Assembly: GCF_056746865.1 (NCBI RefSeq)
Contig: NZ_CM163382.1
Strand: one strand, 5' to 3'
DNA length: 64,000 nt
Of this stretch, positions 21,145 to 31,177 are shown in pieces (the stretch's first letter is position 1; each line of letters starts with the position of its first letter). The notes under the pieces were generated by a model, which searched no databases, was not told the DNA's origin, and worked only from the letters and a program-made list of their open reading frames with translations. Made by a program: the position numbers and the translations under genes.

Positions 21145-23554
21145 GAATACGCACCAGACGGTACACGGAGAGGCACATAACACCCGACTGGAGGGGGGTA
21201 ACCAGTATGTACACAACGGTGGCACGGCAACAGAGACGCTGATAAACCGTGATGGCTGGCAGATGATTAAGGAAGGAGGAACTGCCGCGCATACCACCAT
21301 CAACCAGAAAGGAAAGCTGCAGGTGAATGCCGGCGGTAAAGCGTCTGATGTCACCCAGAACACGGGCGGTGCACTGGTTACCAGTACAGCTGCAACCGTC
21401 ACCGGCACAAACCGCCTGGGAGCATTCTCCGTTGTGGCGGGTAAGGCTGATAATGTCGTACTGGAAAATGGCGGACGTCTGGATGTGCTGAGCGGACACA
21501 CAGCCACTAATACCCGTGTGGATGATGGCGGAACGCTGGATGTCCGCAACGGTGGTGCCGCCACCACCGTATCCATGGGGAATGGCGGTGTACTGCTGGC
21601 CGATTCCGGTGCCGCTGTCAGTGGTACCCGGAGCGACGGAACGGCATTCCATATCGGAGGCGGTCAGGCGGATGCCCTGATGCTGGAAAAAGGCAGTTCA
21701 TTCACGCTGAACGCCGGTGATACGGCCACGGATACCACGGTAAATGGCGGATTGTTCACTGCCAGAGGGGGCTCGCTGGCGGGCACCACCACGCTGAATA
21801 ACGGTGCCACGCTTATCCTTTCCGGGAAAACGGTAAATAACGATACCCTGACCATCCGTGAAGGTGATGCACTCCTGCAGGGAGGCGCTCTTACCGGTAA
21901 CGGCAGGGTGGAAAAATCAGGAAGTGGCACACTCACTGTCAGCAACACCACACTCACCCAGAAAACCGTCAACCTGAATGAAGGCACGCTGACGCTGAAC
22001 AACAGTACCGTCACCACGGATGTCATCGCTCAGCGCGGCACGGCCCTGAAGCTGACCGGCAGCACAGTGCTGAACGGTGCCATTGACCCCACGAATGTCA
22101 TCCTGACATCCGGTGCCACCTGGAATATCCCCGATAACGCCACGGTTCAGTCGGTGGTGGATGACCTCAGCCATGCCGGACAGATTCATTTCACCTCCGC
22201 CCGCACAGGGAAGTTCGTTCCGACAACTCTGCAGGTGAAAAACCTGAACGGGCAGAATGGCACCATCAGCCTGCGTGTACGCCCGGATATGGCGCAGAAC
22301 AATGCTGACAGACTGGTCATTGACGGTGGCAGGGCAACCGGAAAAACCATCCTGAATCTGGTGAACGCCGGCAACAGTGGTACGGGGCTGGCGACCACCG
22401 GTAAGGGTATTCAGGTGGTTGAGGCCATTAACGGTGCCACCACGGAGGAAGGGGCTTTTGTCCAGGGGAATATGTTGCAGGCCGGGGCCTTTAACTACAC
22501 CCTCAACCGGGACAGTGATGAGAGCTGGTATCTGCGCAGTGAAGAACGTTATCGTGCTGAAGTCCCCCTGTACGCCTCCATGCTGACACAGGCAATGGAC
22601 TATGACCGGATTCTGGCAGGCTCCCGCAGCCATCAGACCGGTGTAAACGGTGAAAATAACAGCGTCCGTCTCAGCATTCAGGGCGGCCATCTCGGTCACG
22701 ATAACAACGGCGGTATTGCCCGTGGGGCCACGCCGGAAAGCAGCGGCAGCTATGGCTTCGTCCGTCTGGAGAGTGACCTGCTCAGAACAGAGGTCGCCGG
22801 TATGTCACTGACGACAGGAGTGTATGGTGCTGCAGGCCATTCTTCCGTTGATGTTAAGGATGATGACGGCTCCCGCGCCGGCACGGTCCGGGATGATGCC
22901 GGCAGCCTGGGCGGATATATGAACCTGACACACACCTCCTCCGGCCTGTGGGCTGACATTGTGGCACAGGGAACCCGCCACAGTATGAAAGCGTCATCGG
23001 GCAATAACGACTTCCGCGCACGGGGCTGGGGCTGGCTGGGCTCACTGGAAACCGGTCTGCCCTTCAGTATCACTGACAACCTGATGCTGGAGCCACGGCT
23101 GCAGTACACCTGGCAGGGGCTTTCGCTGGATGACGGTAAGGACAACGCCGGTTATGTGAAGTTCGGGCATGGCAGTGCACAACATGTGCGTGCCGGTTTC
23201 CGTCTGGGCAGCCACAACGATATGACCTTTGGTGAAGGCACCTCATCCCGTGCCCCCCTGCGTGACAGTGCAAAACACAGTGTGCGTGAACTGCCGGTGA
23301 ACTGGTGGGTACAGCCTTCCGTTATCCGCACCTTCAGCTCCCGGGGTGATATGCGTGTGGGGACCTCCACCGCAGGCAGCGGGATGACGTTCTCACCCTC
23401 ACAGAATGGCACTTCACTGGATCTGCAGGCAGGACTGGAAGCCCGTGTCCGGGAAAATATCACCCTGGGCGTTCAGGCCGGTTATGCCCACAGCGTCAGC
23501 GGCAGCAGCGCTGAAGGCTATAACGGTCAGGCCACGCTGAATGTGACCTTCTGA
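21145..23554 (+). pseudogene. flu: antigen 43 (Ag43) autotransporter, 3' portion (rest of passenger domain plus beta-barrel)
   Basis: Reading frame resumes with …HQTVHGEAHNTRLEGGNQYVHNGGTATE… and continues to the canonical autotransporter C-terminus …GYNGQATLNVTF. Confidence 0.85.
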
Positions 23555-23668
23555 CAGAACCATCGCCTCTTTGTGGTCCCGGTCATCATGATCGGGACCC
23601 GGACCGGCGCAACGGATATTCAACGCCACATTCGCTGGCATTAACAATAACATGATATTCATCACGGA

Positions 23669-25168
23669 GTGACTATGTTACAGATAGTCGGCGCGCTGAT
23701 CCTGCTGATAGCAGGATTTGCCATTCTTCGCCTTTTGTTCAGAGCATTAATCAGCACAGCTTCTGCGCTGGCAGGGCTTATATTGCTGTGTCTGTTCGGC
23801 CCGGCTTTACTGGCTGGCTATATCACTGAACGCATAACCCGGTTATTCCATATTCGCTGGCTGGCAGGCGTATTTCTGACAATTGCCGGAATGATCATCA
23901 GCTTCATGTGGGGACTTGATGGTAAACATATCACACTGGAGGCTCATACCTTTGACTCTGTAAAATTTATTCTGACCACCGCTCTCGCCGCTGGTCTGCT
24001 GGCTCTTCCCGTGCAGATAAGAACAATTCAGCAGAACGGGCTCACACCAGAAGATATCAGCAAGGAAATTAACGGGTATTACTGCTGTTTTTATACTGCT
24101 TTTTTCCTTATGGCGTGTTCTGCATACGCACCATTGATCGCATTGCCGTTCGATATTTCACCCTCACTGATGTGGTGGGGCGGGTTGTTGTACTGGCTGG
24201 CTGCATTAGTGACGCTGCTATGGGCGGCCAGCCAGATCCAGGCGCTGAAAAAACTGACCAGTGCCATCCGCCAGACACTGGAAGAACAACCGGTGCTCAA
24301 CAGTAAATCGTGGCTGAGCAGTTTGCAAAACGATTACAGCCTTCCTGAAACGTTGACGGAGCGCATCTGGCTCACGCTCATTTCACAACGGATTTCCCGG
24401 GGAGAACTGAGGGAATTTGAACTGGCAGACGGAAACTGGCTACTGGACAATGCCTGGTATGAAAGAAACATGGCGGGTTTCAACGAAAAGCTGAGAGAGA
24501 GCCTGTCATTTACCCCTGATGAACTGAAAACCCTCTTCCGGAACCGCCTGAATTTATCACCGGAAGCGAATGACGATTTTCTCGATCGTTGCCTGGACGG
24601 CGGTGACTGGTACCCCTTTTCAGAAGGCCGCCGTTTTGTATCATTCCACCACGTGGATGAGCTTCGTATCTGTGCCTCCTGCGGGCTGACAGAAGTACAT
24701 CATGCCCCGGAAAATCATAAGCCGGATCCGGAATGGTACTGCTCCTCTCTTTGTCGCGAAACAGAAACACTGTGTCAGGACATTTATGAACGTTCTTACA
24801 CCGGTTTTATTTCCGATGCAACGGCGAATGGTCTGATTCTCATGAAACTGCCGGAAACCTGGAGTACAAATGAGAAAATGTTTGCTTCCGGAGGGCAGGG
24901 ACATGGGTTTGCCGCTGAACGGGGAAACCATATTGTCGACAGAGTCCGTCTGAAAAACGCACGGATCCTCGGTGATAATAATGCCAAAAATGGAGCAGAC
25001 AGACTGGTCAGCGGAACAGAAATCCAGACGAAATATTGTTCAACTGCAGCCCGTAGCGTCGGTGCGGCATTCGACGGACAGAACGGACAGTATCGTTACA
25101 TGGGAAATCATGGTCCCATGCAACTGGAAGTCCCCGTGATCAGTATGCCGGCGCTGTGGAAACCATGA
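23669..25168 (+). CDS. yeeR: YeeR-like inner membrane protein
   Basis: 499 aa with several N-terminal hydrophobic helices; position downstream of flu as in CP4-44. Confidence 0.55.
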   Translation: MTMLQIVGALILLIAGFAILRLLFRALISTASALAGLILLCLFGPALLAGYITERITRLFHIRWLAGVFLTIAGMIISFMWGLDGKHITLEAHTFDSVKFILTTALAAGLLALPVQIRTIQQNGLTPEDISKEINGYYCCFYTAFFLMACSAYAPLIALPFDISPSLMWWGGLLYWLAALVTLLWAASQIQALKKLTSAIRQTLEEQPVLNSKSWLSSLQNDYSLPETLTERIWLTLISQRISRGELREFELADGNWLLDNAWYERNMAGFNEKLRESLSFTPDELKTLFRNRLNLSPEANDDFLDRCLDGGDWYPFSEGRRFVSFHHVDELRICASCGLTEVHHAPENHKPDPEWYCSSLCRETETLCQDIYERSYTGFISDATANGLILMKLPETWSTNEKMFASGGQGHGFAAERGNHIVDRVRLKNARILGDNNAKNGADRLVSGTEIQTKYCSTAARSVGAAFDGQNGQYRYMGNHGPMQLEVPVISMPALWKP

Positions 25169-26190
25169 AGAATAAGATCCGCGAAGGTAAAGTACCCGGT
25201 GTAACCGATCCCGAAGAAGCGTCCCGGCTGATTCGTCGGGGACATCTGACTTATACCCAGGCCCGTAATATCACCCGGTTCGGGACCATCGAATCGGTCA
25301 CTTATGATATTGCCGAGGGGTCGGTTGTCAGTCTGGCGGCCGGAGGGATCAGTTTTGCCCTGACGGCATCGGTCTTCTGGCTCAGCACCGGCGATCGCGA
25401 TGCTGCCCTGCAGACAGCTGCTGTCCAGGCAGGAAAAACCTTCACCCGCACACTGGCTGTCTACGTCACAACCCAGCAACTTCACCGGCTCAGTGTTGTT
25501 CAGGGTATGCTGAAGCATATTGATTTTTCGACGGCCAGCCCGACTGTCCGGCAGGCGCTTCAGAAGGGGACCGGTGCAGGAAATATCAGTGCCCTGAACA
25601 AAGTGATGAAGGGGTCGCTGGTGACATCTCTGGCACTGGTAGCTGTCACAACCGGCCCTGACATGATCAAAATGTTGCGGGGACGGATCTCCGGTGCGCA
25701 GTTCATCAGGAATCTTGCCGTGGCATCTTCCTGTGTGGCAGGTGGTGCTGTCGGGTCAGTGGCGGGCGGGATATTGTTCAGTCCACTGGGACCATTTGGT
25801 GCACTGACAGGGCGTGTGGTTGGCGGTGTTCTGGGGGGAATGATTGCCTCCGCTGTATCAGGAAAAATTGCCGGAGCGCTGGTTGAAGAAGATCGCGTCA
25901 AAATTCTGGCAATGATTCAGGAGCAGGTGACATGGCTTGCCGGCAGTTTCCTGCTGACCGGACATGAGATTGAAAATCTGAACGCGAATCTGGCCCGTGT
26001 TATCGATCAGAATGCTCTGGAGATCATTTTCGCCGCCGGTATACAACAACGGGCCGCGACCAACATGTTAATCAAACCACTGGTGGTCAGTATCATCAGG
26101 CAACGCCCCGTCATGGAATATGATGCATCCCATCTCGGCAATATGGTTAACCGACTGGAAGAAACATTACCCCCGGAGTTACCGGCATAA
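25156..26190 (+). CDS. hypothetical membrane protein (Gly/Ala-rich hydrophobic segments); may be a frameshifted continuation of the upstream gene
   Basis: 344-aa ORF beginning 13 nt before the upstream stop, in a different frame. Confidence 0.45.
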   Translation: METMKNKIREGKVPGVTDPEEASRLIRRGHLTYTQARNITRFGTIESVTYDIAEGSVVSLAAGGISFALTASVFWLSTGDRDAALQTAAVQAGKTFTRTLAVYVTTQQLHRLSVVQGMLKHIDFSTASPTVRQALQKGTGAGNISALNKVMKGSLVTSLALVAVTTGPDMIKMLRGRISGAQFIRNLAVASSCVAGGAVGSVAGGILFSPLGPFGALTGRVVGGVLGGMIASAVSGKIAGALVEEDRVKILAMIQEQVTWLAGSFLLTGHEIENLNANLARVIDQNALEIIFAAGIQQRAATNMLIKPLVVSIIRQRPVMEYDASHLGNMVNRLEETLPPELPA

Positions 26191-26265
26191 CGGCTATTCT
26201 GCGCCTTTTACGTTTTATCACCTGATTTGTCAGTGTCATCGTCATGACTCAGAGAGGTAAATACC

Positions 26266-26721
26266 ATGATTCACCTGTTCAAAACCTGCATGATTACCGC
26301 CTTCATTCTGGGGTTAACGTGGTCTGCCCCACTCCGGGCACAGGATCAACGTTACATCAGTATACGCAATACAGATACGATATGGCTCCCGGGAAATATT
26401 TGTGCTTACCAGTTCCGGCTGGATAATGGCGGAAACGATGAAGGATTTGGCCCCCTCACCATCACTCTGCAACTCAAAGACAAATATGGTCAGACGCTGG
26501 TGACCAGAAAAATGGAAACGGAAGCCTTTGGTGACAGTAATGCCACGCGAACCACAGACGCATTTCTGGAAACGGAGTGCGTGGAAAATGTCGCCACAAC
26601 CGAAATCATTAAAGCAACTGAAGAAAGTAACGGCCATCGTGTCAGTCTGCCGTTATCGGTTTTCGATCCCCAGGACTACCATCCACTGCTGATTACCGTT
26701 TCCGGAAAAAATGTTAACTGA
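26266..26721 (+). CDS. hypothetical secreted protein
   Basis: 151 aa with N-terminal signal-peptide-like segment (MIHLFKTCMITAFILGLTWSAPLRAQ). Confidence 0.5.
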   Translation: MIHLFKTCMITAFILGLTWSAPLRAQDQRYISIRNTDTIWLPGNICAYQFRLDNGGNDEGFGPLTITLQLKDKYGQTLVTRKMETEAFGDSNATRTTDAFLETECVENVATTEIIKATEESNGHRVSLPLSVFDPQDYHPLLITVSGKNVN

Positions 26722-27110
26722 TCCCTGAAGTCAGTTTCATGCTTCAGCCTCTGCCACAACGTATGGCAGAGGCTATTTATCAGGAGAAACCAGATATGCC
26801 GGGTTACACACAGAGTATGTCCTGGCTGAAGGATCTTTCTCATACGGGCAGGCGGTTGCTGTCATAACAGCTTACCGCAATGTGTTTACTGAAGATGACC
26901 AGGGAACATATTCCCGGCTGGTTATCCGTAATGCTGAAGGTCAGTTGCGCTGGTGATGCCGGAACACAGCTTAATACTCAGCTCGCCAGTTAAGGGCTTC
27001 TCAGACAATAAACGTCATTCATTTCATCTGTCAGGCCGCGTCTTCTCCGGGAGACGTGGCTTTTTCATTTATTACACCAGTAAATCTTAACCACCGATAA
27101 GGAGCAAATT

Positions 27111-27929
27111 ATGCGACTAGCCAGTCGTTTTGGTTATGCGAACCAGATACGCCGTGACCGTCCGCTGACACACGAAGAACTGATGCACCATGTACCGGGT
27201 ATTTTCGGTGAAGACCGGCATACCTCCCGCAGTGAACGCTATACGTACATCCCCACCATCACCGTACTGGAAAGCCTGCAGCGGGAAGGCTTTCAGCCAT
27301 TCTTCGCCTGCCAGACCCGCGTACGTGACCCGGACCGCCGGGAATACACCAAACACATGCTGCGTCTGCGGCGGGCCGGAGAGATAAACGGAGAACATGT
27401 CCCTGAAATTATTCTGCTCAACTCTCATGACGGTACCTCCAGCTACCAGATGCTGCCGGGTTACTTCAGGTTCGTCTGCCAGAACGGATGCGTCTGTGGT
27501 CAGTCTCTGGGGGAAGTGCGTGTTCCGCACCGGGGAAATGTGGTGGAGAAAGTTATTGAAGGGGCTTACGAGGTGGTGGGGGTTTTTGACCGGATTGAGG
27601 AAAAGCGTGATGCCATGCAGTCGCTGATTCTGCCGCCACCGGCACGCCAGGCGCTGGCACAGGCGGCACTGACTTACCGTTATGGTGACGAACATCAGCC
27701 CGTCACCACCGCCGACATTCTGACACCACGACGCCGGGAGGATTACGGTAAGGACCTGTGGAGTGCTTATCAGACCATTCAGGAGAATATGCTGAAAGGC
27801 GGAATTTCCGGTCGCAGTGCCAGAGGAAAACGTATCCATACCCGTGCCATTCACAGCATCGACACCGACATTAAGCTCAACCGCGCATTGTGGGTGATGG
27901 CTGAAACGCTGCTGGAGAGTATGCGCTGA
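27111..27929 (+). CDS. conserved island protein (YfjQ-like, possibly DUF932 family)
   Basis: 272-aa ORF; occupies the position of the yfjQ/ykfC-type gene in CP4-type islands. Confidence 0.55.
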   Translation: MRLASRFGYANQIRRDRPLTHEELMHHVPGIFGEDRHTSRSERYTYIPTITVLESLQREGFQPFFACQTRVRDPDRREYTKHMLRLRRAGEINGEHVPEIILLNSHDGTSSYQMLPGYFRFVCQNGCVCGQSLGEVRVPHRGNVVEKVIEGAYEVVGVFDRIEEKRDAMQSLILPPPARQALAQAALTYRYGDEHQPVTTADILTPRRREDYGKDLWSAYQTIQENMLKGGISGRSARGKRIHTRAIHSIDTDIKLNRALWVMAETLLESMR

Positions 27930-28020
27930 TGCCGTTTCCCTGAAAGCGCAGTTCTGACTCACGTCTGTCCCTTCCCCCGGGGTTTCTTCCATTCATTTAC
28001 TTTTTATAAGGAATAATCTC

Positions 28021-28506
28021 ATGACAACCGTCTTGCATAATTCCACCACTCCTTCTGTTTCCGTAACCGCTGCATCAGGGAATGACCAGCCTCAGCTGGT
28101 TGCCACCATAGTCCCTGATGAACAGCGCATCAGCTTCTGGCCGCAGCACTTTGGCCTCATTCCACAGTGGGTGACCCTGGAGCCCCGTGTCTTCGGCTGG
28201 ATGGACCGTCTGTGCGAAGACTACTGCGGTGGTATCTGGAATCTGTACACCCTGAACAACGGCGGGGCATTTATGGCACCCGAACCGGATGACGATGATG
28301 ACGAAAACTGGGTACTGTTCAATGCCATGAACGGTAACCGCGCTGAAATGAGCCCGGAAGCCGCCGGCATTGCCGCCTGTCTGATGACGTACAGTCATCA
28401 TGCCTGTCGTACGGAGTGTTATGCCATGACGATCCATTATTACCGGTTGCGGGATTACGCCCTGCAGCATCCGGAATGCAGCGCCATTATGCGCATCATC
28501 GACTGA
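28021..28506 (+). CDS. antirestriction protein (KlcA/ArdB-like; YfjX/YafX family)
   Basis: 161 aa; acidic patch PEPDDDDDENW and family-typical context directly upstream of radC. Confidence 0.65.
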   Translation: MTTVLHNSTTPSVSVTAASGNDQPQLVATIVPDEQRISFWPQHFGLIPQWVTLEPRVFGWMDRLCEDYCGGIWNLYTLNNGGAFMAPEPDDDDDENWVLFNAMNGNRAEMSPEAAGIAACLMTYSHHACRTECYAMTIHYYRLRDYALQHPECSAIMRIID

Positions 28507-28998
28507 ATGGAGAGAAGCACAATGCAACAACTTTCCTTTCTGCCCGGAGAGATGACGCCCGGCGAGCGCAGTCTCATTCTGCGGGCCCTGAAAACCCTGG
28601 ACCGCCATCTTCATGAACCCGGCGTGGCCTTCACCTCCACCCGTGCGGCACGGGAATGGCTGATTCTGAACATGGCGGGACTGGAGCGTGAAGAGTTCCG
28701 GGTACTGTATCTGAACAACCAGAATCAGCTGATTGCCGGTGAAACCCTCTTCACCGGCACCATCAACCGCACGGAAGTCCATCCCCGGGAAGTGATTAAA
28801 CGCGCCCTGTACCACAATGCCGCCGCCGTGGTACTGGCACACAATCACCCGTCCGGTGAAGTCACCCCCAGTAAGGCAGACCGCCTTATCACGGAACGTC
28901 TGGTACAGGCACTGGCCCTGGTGGATATCCGGGTACCGGACCATCTGATAGTTGGTGGCAGTCAGGTTTTCTCCTTTGCGGAACACGGTCTGCTTTAA
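28507..28998 (+). CDS. yeeS: RadC-like JAB-domain protein (YeeS/YfjY/YkfG family)
   Basis: 163 aa; JAMM-like motif HNHPSGEVTPSKAD. Confidence 0.8.
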   Translation: MERSTMQQLSFLPGEMTPGERSLILRALKTLDRHLHEPGVAFTSTRAAREWLILNMAGLEREEFRVLYLNNQNQLIAGETLFTGTINRTEVHPREVIKRALYHNAAAVVLAHNHPSGEVTPSKADRLITERLVQALALVDIRVPDHLIVGGSQVFSFAEHGLL

Positions 28999-29066
28999 CC
29001 CGTCACCGTCACAACCACATCACACCTGTTTTCACTTTTATCTTCTGTCTTCAGAGGTATCCCATT

Positions 29067-29288
29067 ATGAAAATCATCACCCGTGGTGAAGCCATGCGTA
29101 TTCACCAACAGCATCCTGCATCCCGTCTATTTCCGTTCTGCACCGGTAAGTACCGCTGGCACGGCAGTGCTGAGGCGTATACCGGTCGTGAAGTACAGGA
29201 TATTCCCGGTGTGCTGGCCGTGTTTGCTGAACGCCGTAAGGACAGTTTTGGCCCGTATGTCCGGCTGATGAGCGTCACCCTGAACTGA
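29067..29288 (+). CDS. yeeT: YeeT-like island protein
   Basis: 73 aa; complete copy of the partial gene at 1..114. Confidence 0.7.
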   Translation: MKIITRGEAMRIHQQHPASRLFPFCTGKYRWHGSAEAYTGREVQDIPGVLAVFAERRKDSFGPYVRLMSVTLN

Positions 29289-29361
29289 GTGGGAATTCTG
29301 ATGAGCAGAATTATCGCCAATACCGGAGCATTCTTAGCCGATTTTCTGTAGGGATTTTATC

Positions 29362-29730
29362 GTGTCAGACACACTCCCCGGGACAACACTTCCCGACGAC
29401 AATCACGACCGCCCCTGGTGGGGGCTGCCCTGCACCGTGACGCCCTGTTTCGGGGCACGTCTGGTGCAGGAGGGTAACCGGTTGCATTACCTTGCCGACC
29501 GCGCCGGTATCAGAGGCCTGTACAGCAATGCAGATGCGTACCACCTGGACCAGGCCTTTCCGCTGCTGATGAAACAACTGGAACTCATGCTCACCAGCGG
29601 TGAACTGAATCCCCGCCATCAGCATACCGTCACGCTGTATGCAAAAGGGCTGACCTGCAAAGCCGATACCCTCAGCAGTTGTGGTTACGTTTATCTGGCT
29701 GTTTATCCGACGCCCGAAATGAAAAATTAA
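29362..29730 (+). CDS. cbeA: CbeA/YeeU-family antitoxin, second copy (GTG start)
   Basis: 122 aa; MSDTLPGTTLPDDNHDRPWWGLPCTVTPCFGARLVQEGNRLHYLADRAGIRG…; near-identical to 194..568. Confidence 0.85.
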   Translation: MSDTLPGTTLPDDNHDRPWWGLPCTVTPCFGARLVQEGNRLHYLADRAGIRGLYSNADAYHLDQAFPLLMKQLELMLTSGELNPRHQHTVTLYAKGLTCKADTLSSCGYVYLAVYPTPEMKN

Positions 29731-29818
29731 CTCTCCAGAATAGCCTTCTGCTACGGCCTGGTGTTTTCACCACGCCACTTTCCCATTTTTATATCTGCAT
29801 ATCAGGAAAATCTTCAGT

Positions 29819-30196
29819 ATGAAAACATTACCTGTATTACCCGGGCAGGCGGCCAGTTCTCGCCCGTCTCCTGTTGAAATCTGGCAGATACTTCTGTCCC
29901 GACTGCTGGACCAGCACTACGGCCTCACACTGAATGACACACCGTTTGCCGATGAACGTGTGATCGAGCAGCATATTGAGGCAGGCATTTCACTGTGTGA
30001 TGCGGTGAACTTTCTCGTGGAAAAATACGCGCTGGTGCGTACCGACCAGCCGGGATTCAGCGCCTGTACCCGCTCTCAGTTAATAAACAGCATCGATATC
30101 CTCCGGGCTCGCAGGGCGACCGGCCTGATGACCCGCGACAATTACAGAACGGTAAATAATATTATCCTGGGTAAGCACCCGGAGGTGAAACAATGA
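29819..30196 (+). CDS. cbtA: CbtA/YeeV-family toxin, second copy
   Basis: 125 aa; near-identical to 615..992. Confidence 0.85.
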   Translation: MKTLPVLPGQAASSRPSPVEIWQILLSRLLDQHYGLTLNDTPFADERVIEQHIEAGISLCDAVNFLVEKYALVRTDQPGFSACTRSQLINSIDILRARRATGLMTRDNYRTVNNIILGKHPEVKQ

Positions 30197-30816
30197 AACT
30201 TTCCCTGACGCCGGAAGCCGACAGCGTTAACGTACAGGCACTGAATATGGGGCGCATTGTCGTTGACGTCGATGGTATTAATCTCGCTGAACTGATTAAC
30301 AAGGTCGCTGAAAACGGTTATTCACTCCGCGTGGTGGATGAATCTGACCAACAGTCAACCTGCACTCCACAACCGTTTACGACTCTTTCCGGCATACGCT
30401 GCAGTACCGCACATATCACGGAAAAGGACAACGCCTGGCTGTACTCGCTGTTACACCAGACCAGTGACTTTGGTGAATCAGAATGGATTCATTTTACCGG
30501 TACCGGTTATCTGTTACGTTCCGTCGTCTGGTCGTCACACTCATCCGGCGTTATGGTGTCAGTCTCATTCATCTGGATGCCAGTGCCAGATGTCTGCCAG
30601 GTTTACCCACTTTCGACTGGTAATCCGGAAATTCACAACATGAAATCATTAACCACGGAAACAGCGCTGGATATTCTGATTACGTGGCTGCAGGACAATA
30701 TCGACTGCGAATCGGGAATTATCTTCGACAACGATGAGGATAAAACAGATTCGGCAGCACTGTTGCCCTGTATCGAACAGGCCAGGGAGGGTATCCGTAC
30801 CCTGCGCCAACAGTAA
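30193..30816 (+). CDS. yeeW: YeeW-like protein fused in frame to the small downstream protein (deletion variant)
   Basis: 207-aa ORF; relative to copy 1 a stretch of about 58 bp is missing in the yeeW 3' region, placing yeeW and the MKSLTTETALDIL… ORF in one frame. Confidence 0.5.
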   Translation: MKLSLTPEADSVNVQALNMGRIVVDVDGINLAELINKVAENGYSLRVVDESDQQSTCTPQPFTTLSGIRCSTAHITEKDNAWLYSLLHQTSDFGESEWIHFTGTGYLLRSVVWSSHSSGVMVSVSFIWMPVPDVCQVYPLSTGNPEIHNMKSLTTETALDILITWLQDNIDCESGIIFDNDEDKTDSAALLPCIEQAREGIRTLRQQ

Positions 30817-30915
30817 CTTTTGCACCAGAACCAGTGAAGATCACTCACCCGATTTCACTTCCCTGACGTCAGCCTGAACACGGCTGGCGTTTTCATTTAT
30901 AAACAGAAAGGAAAA

Positions 30916-31155
30916 ATGATGATGTCAGATACCACACACTCCCGCCCGGAGGTGGTGAGCGGGCATACGGACGTTATCTATTCCACCTCAGTCTGCCACA
31001 TTCTGGCTGTACGAAAAAGTATACTGCTGCAAATCGACACACTTATCCGGCAACTGGCTGAAATCTCAGTTCTGACGGAAAGCATTGGAGGTAAAACCGG
31101 CCTGAACTGGTCGAGAAAGCAGGGTTTTCGCTGCGGTTGTTGGCTGATTGAGTAA
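30916..31155 (+). pseudogene. truncated copy of the DUF4942-like island gene (N-terminal 79 codons)
   Basis: Homology to 1774..2640 ends at about 31180, where the kpsS 3' end begins. Confidence 0.55.
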
Positions 31156-31177
31156 CCTGAAACGCCCATGAAAACCA

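Noticed and set aside
21004-22699. Several long minus-strand ORFs (21004..21576, 21071..21652, 21664..22026, 21917..22699) inside the flu passenger region
   Set aside because: They are antisense to a well-supported Ag43 reading frame; the passenger domain is repetitive and GC-rich, which creates long shadow ORFs. Their translations are low-complexity and match no family.
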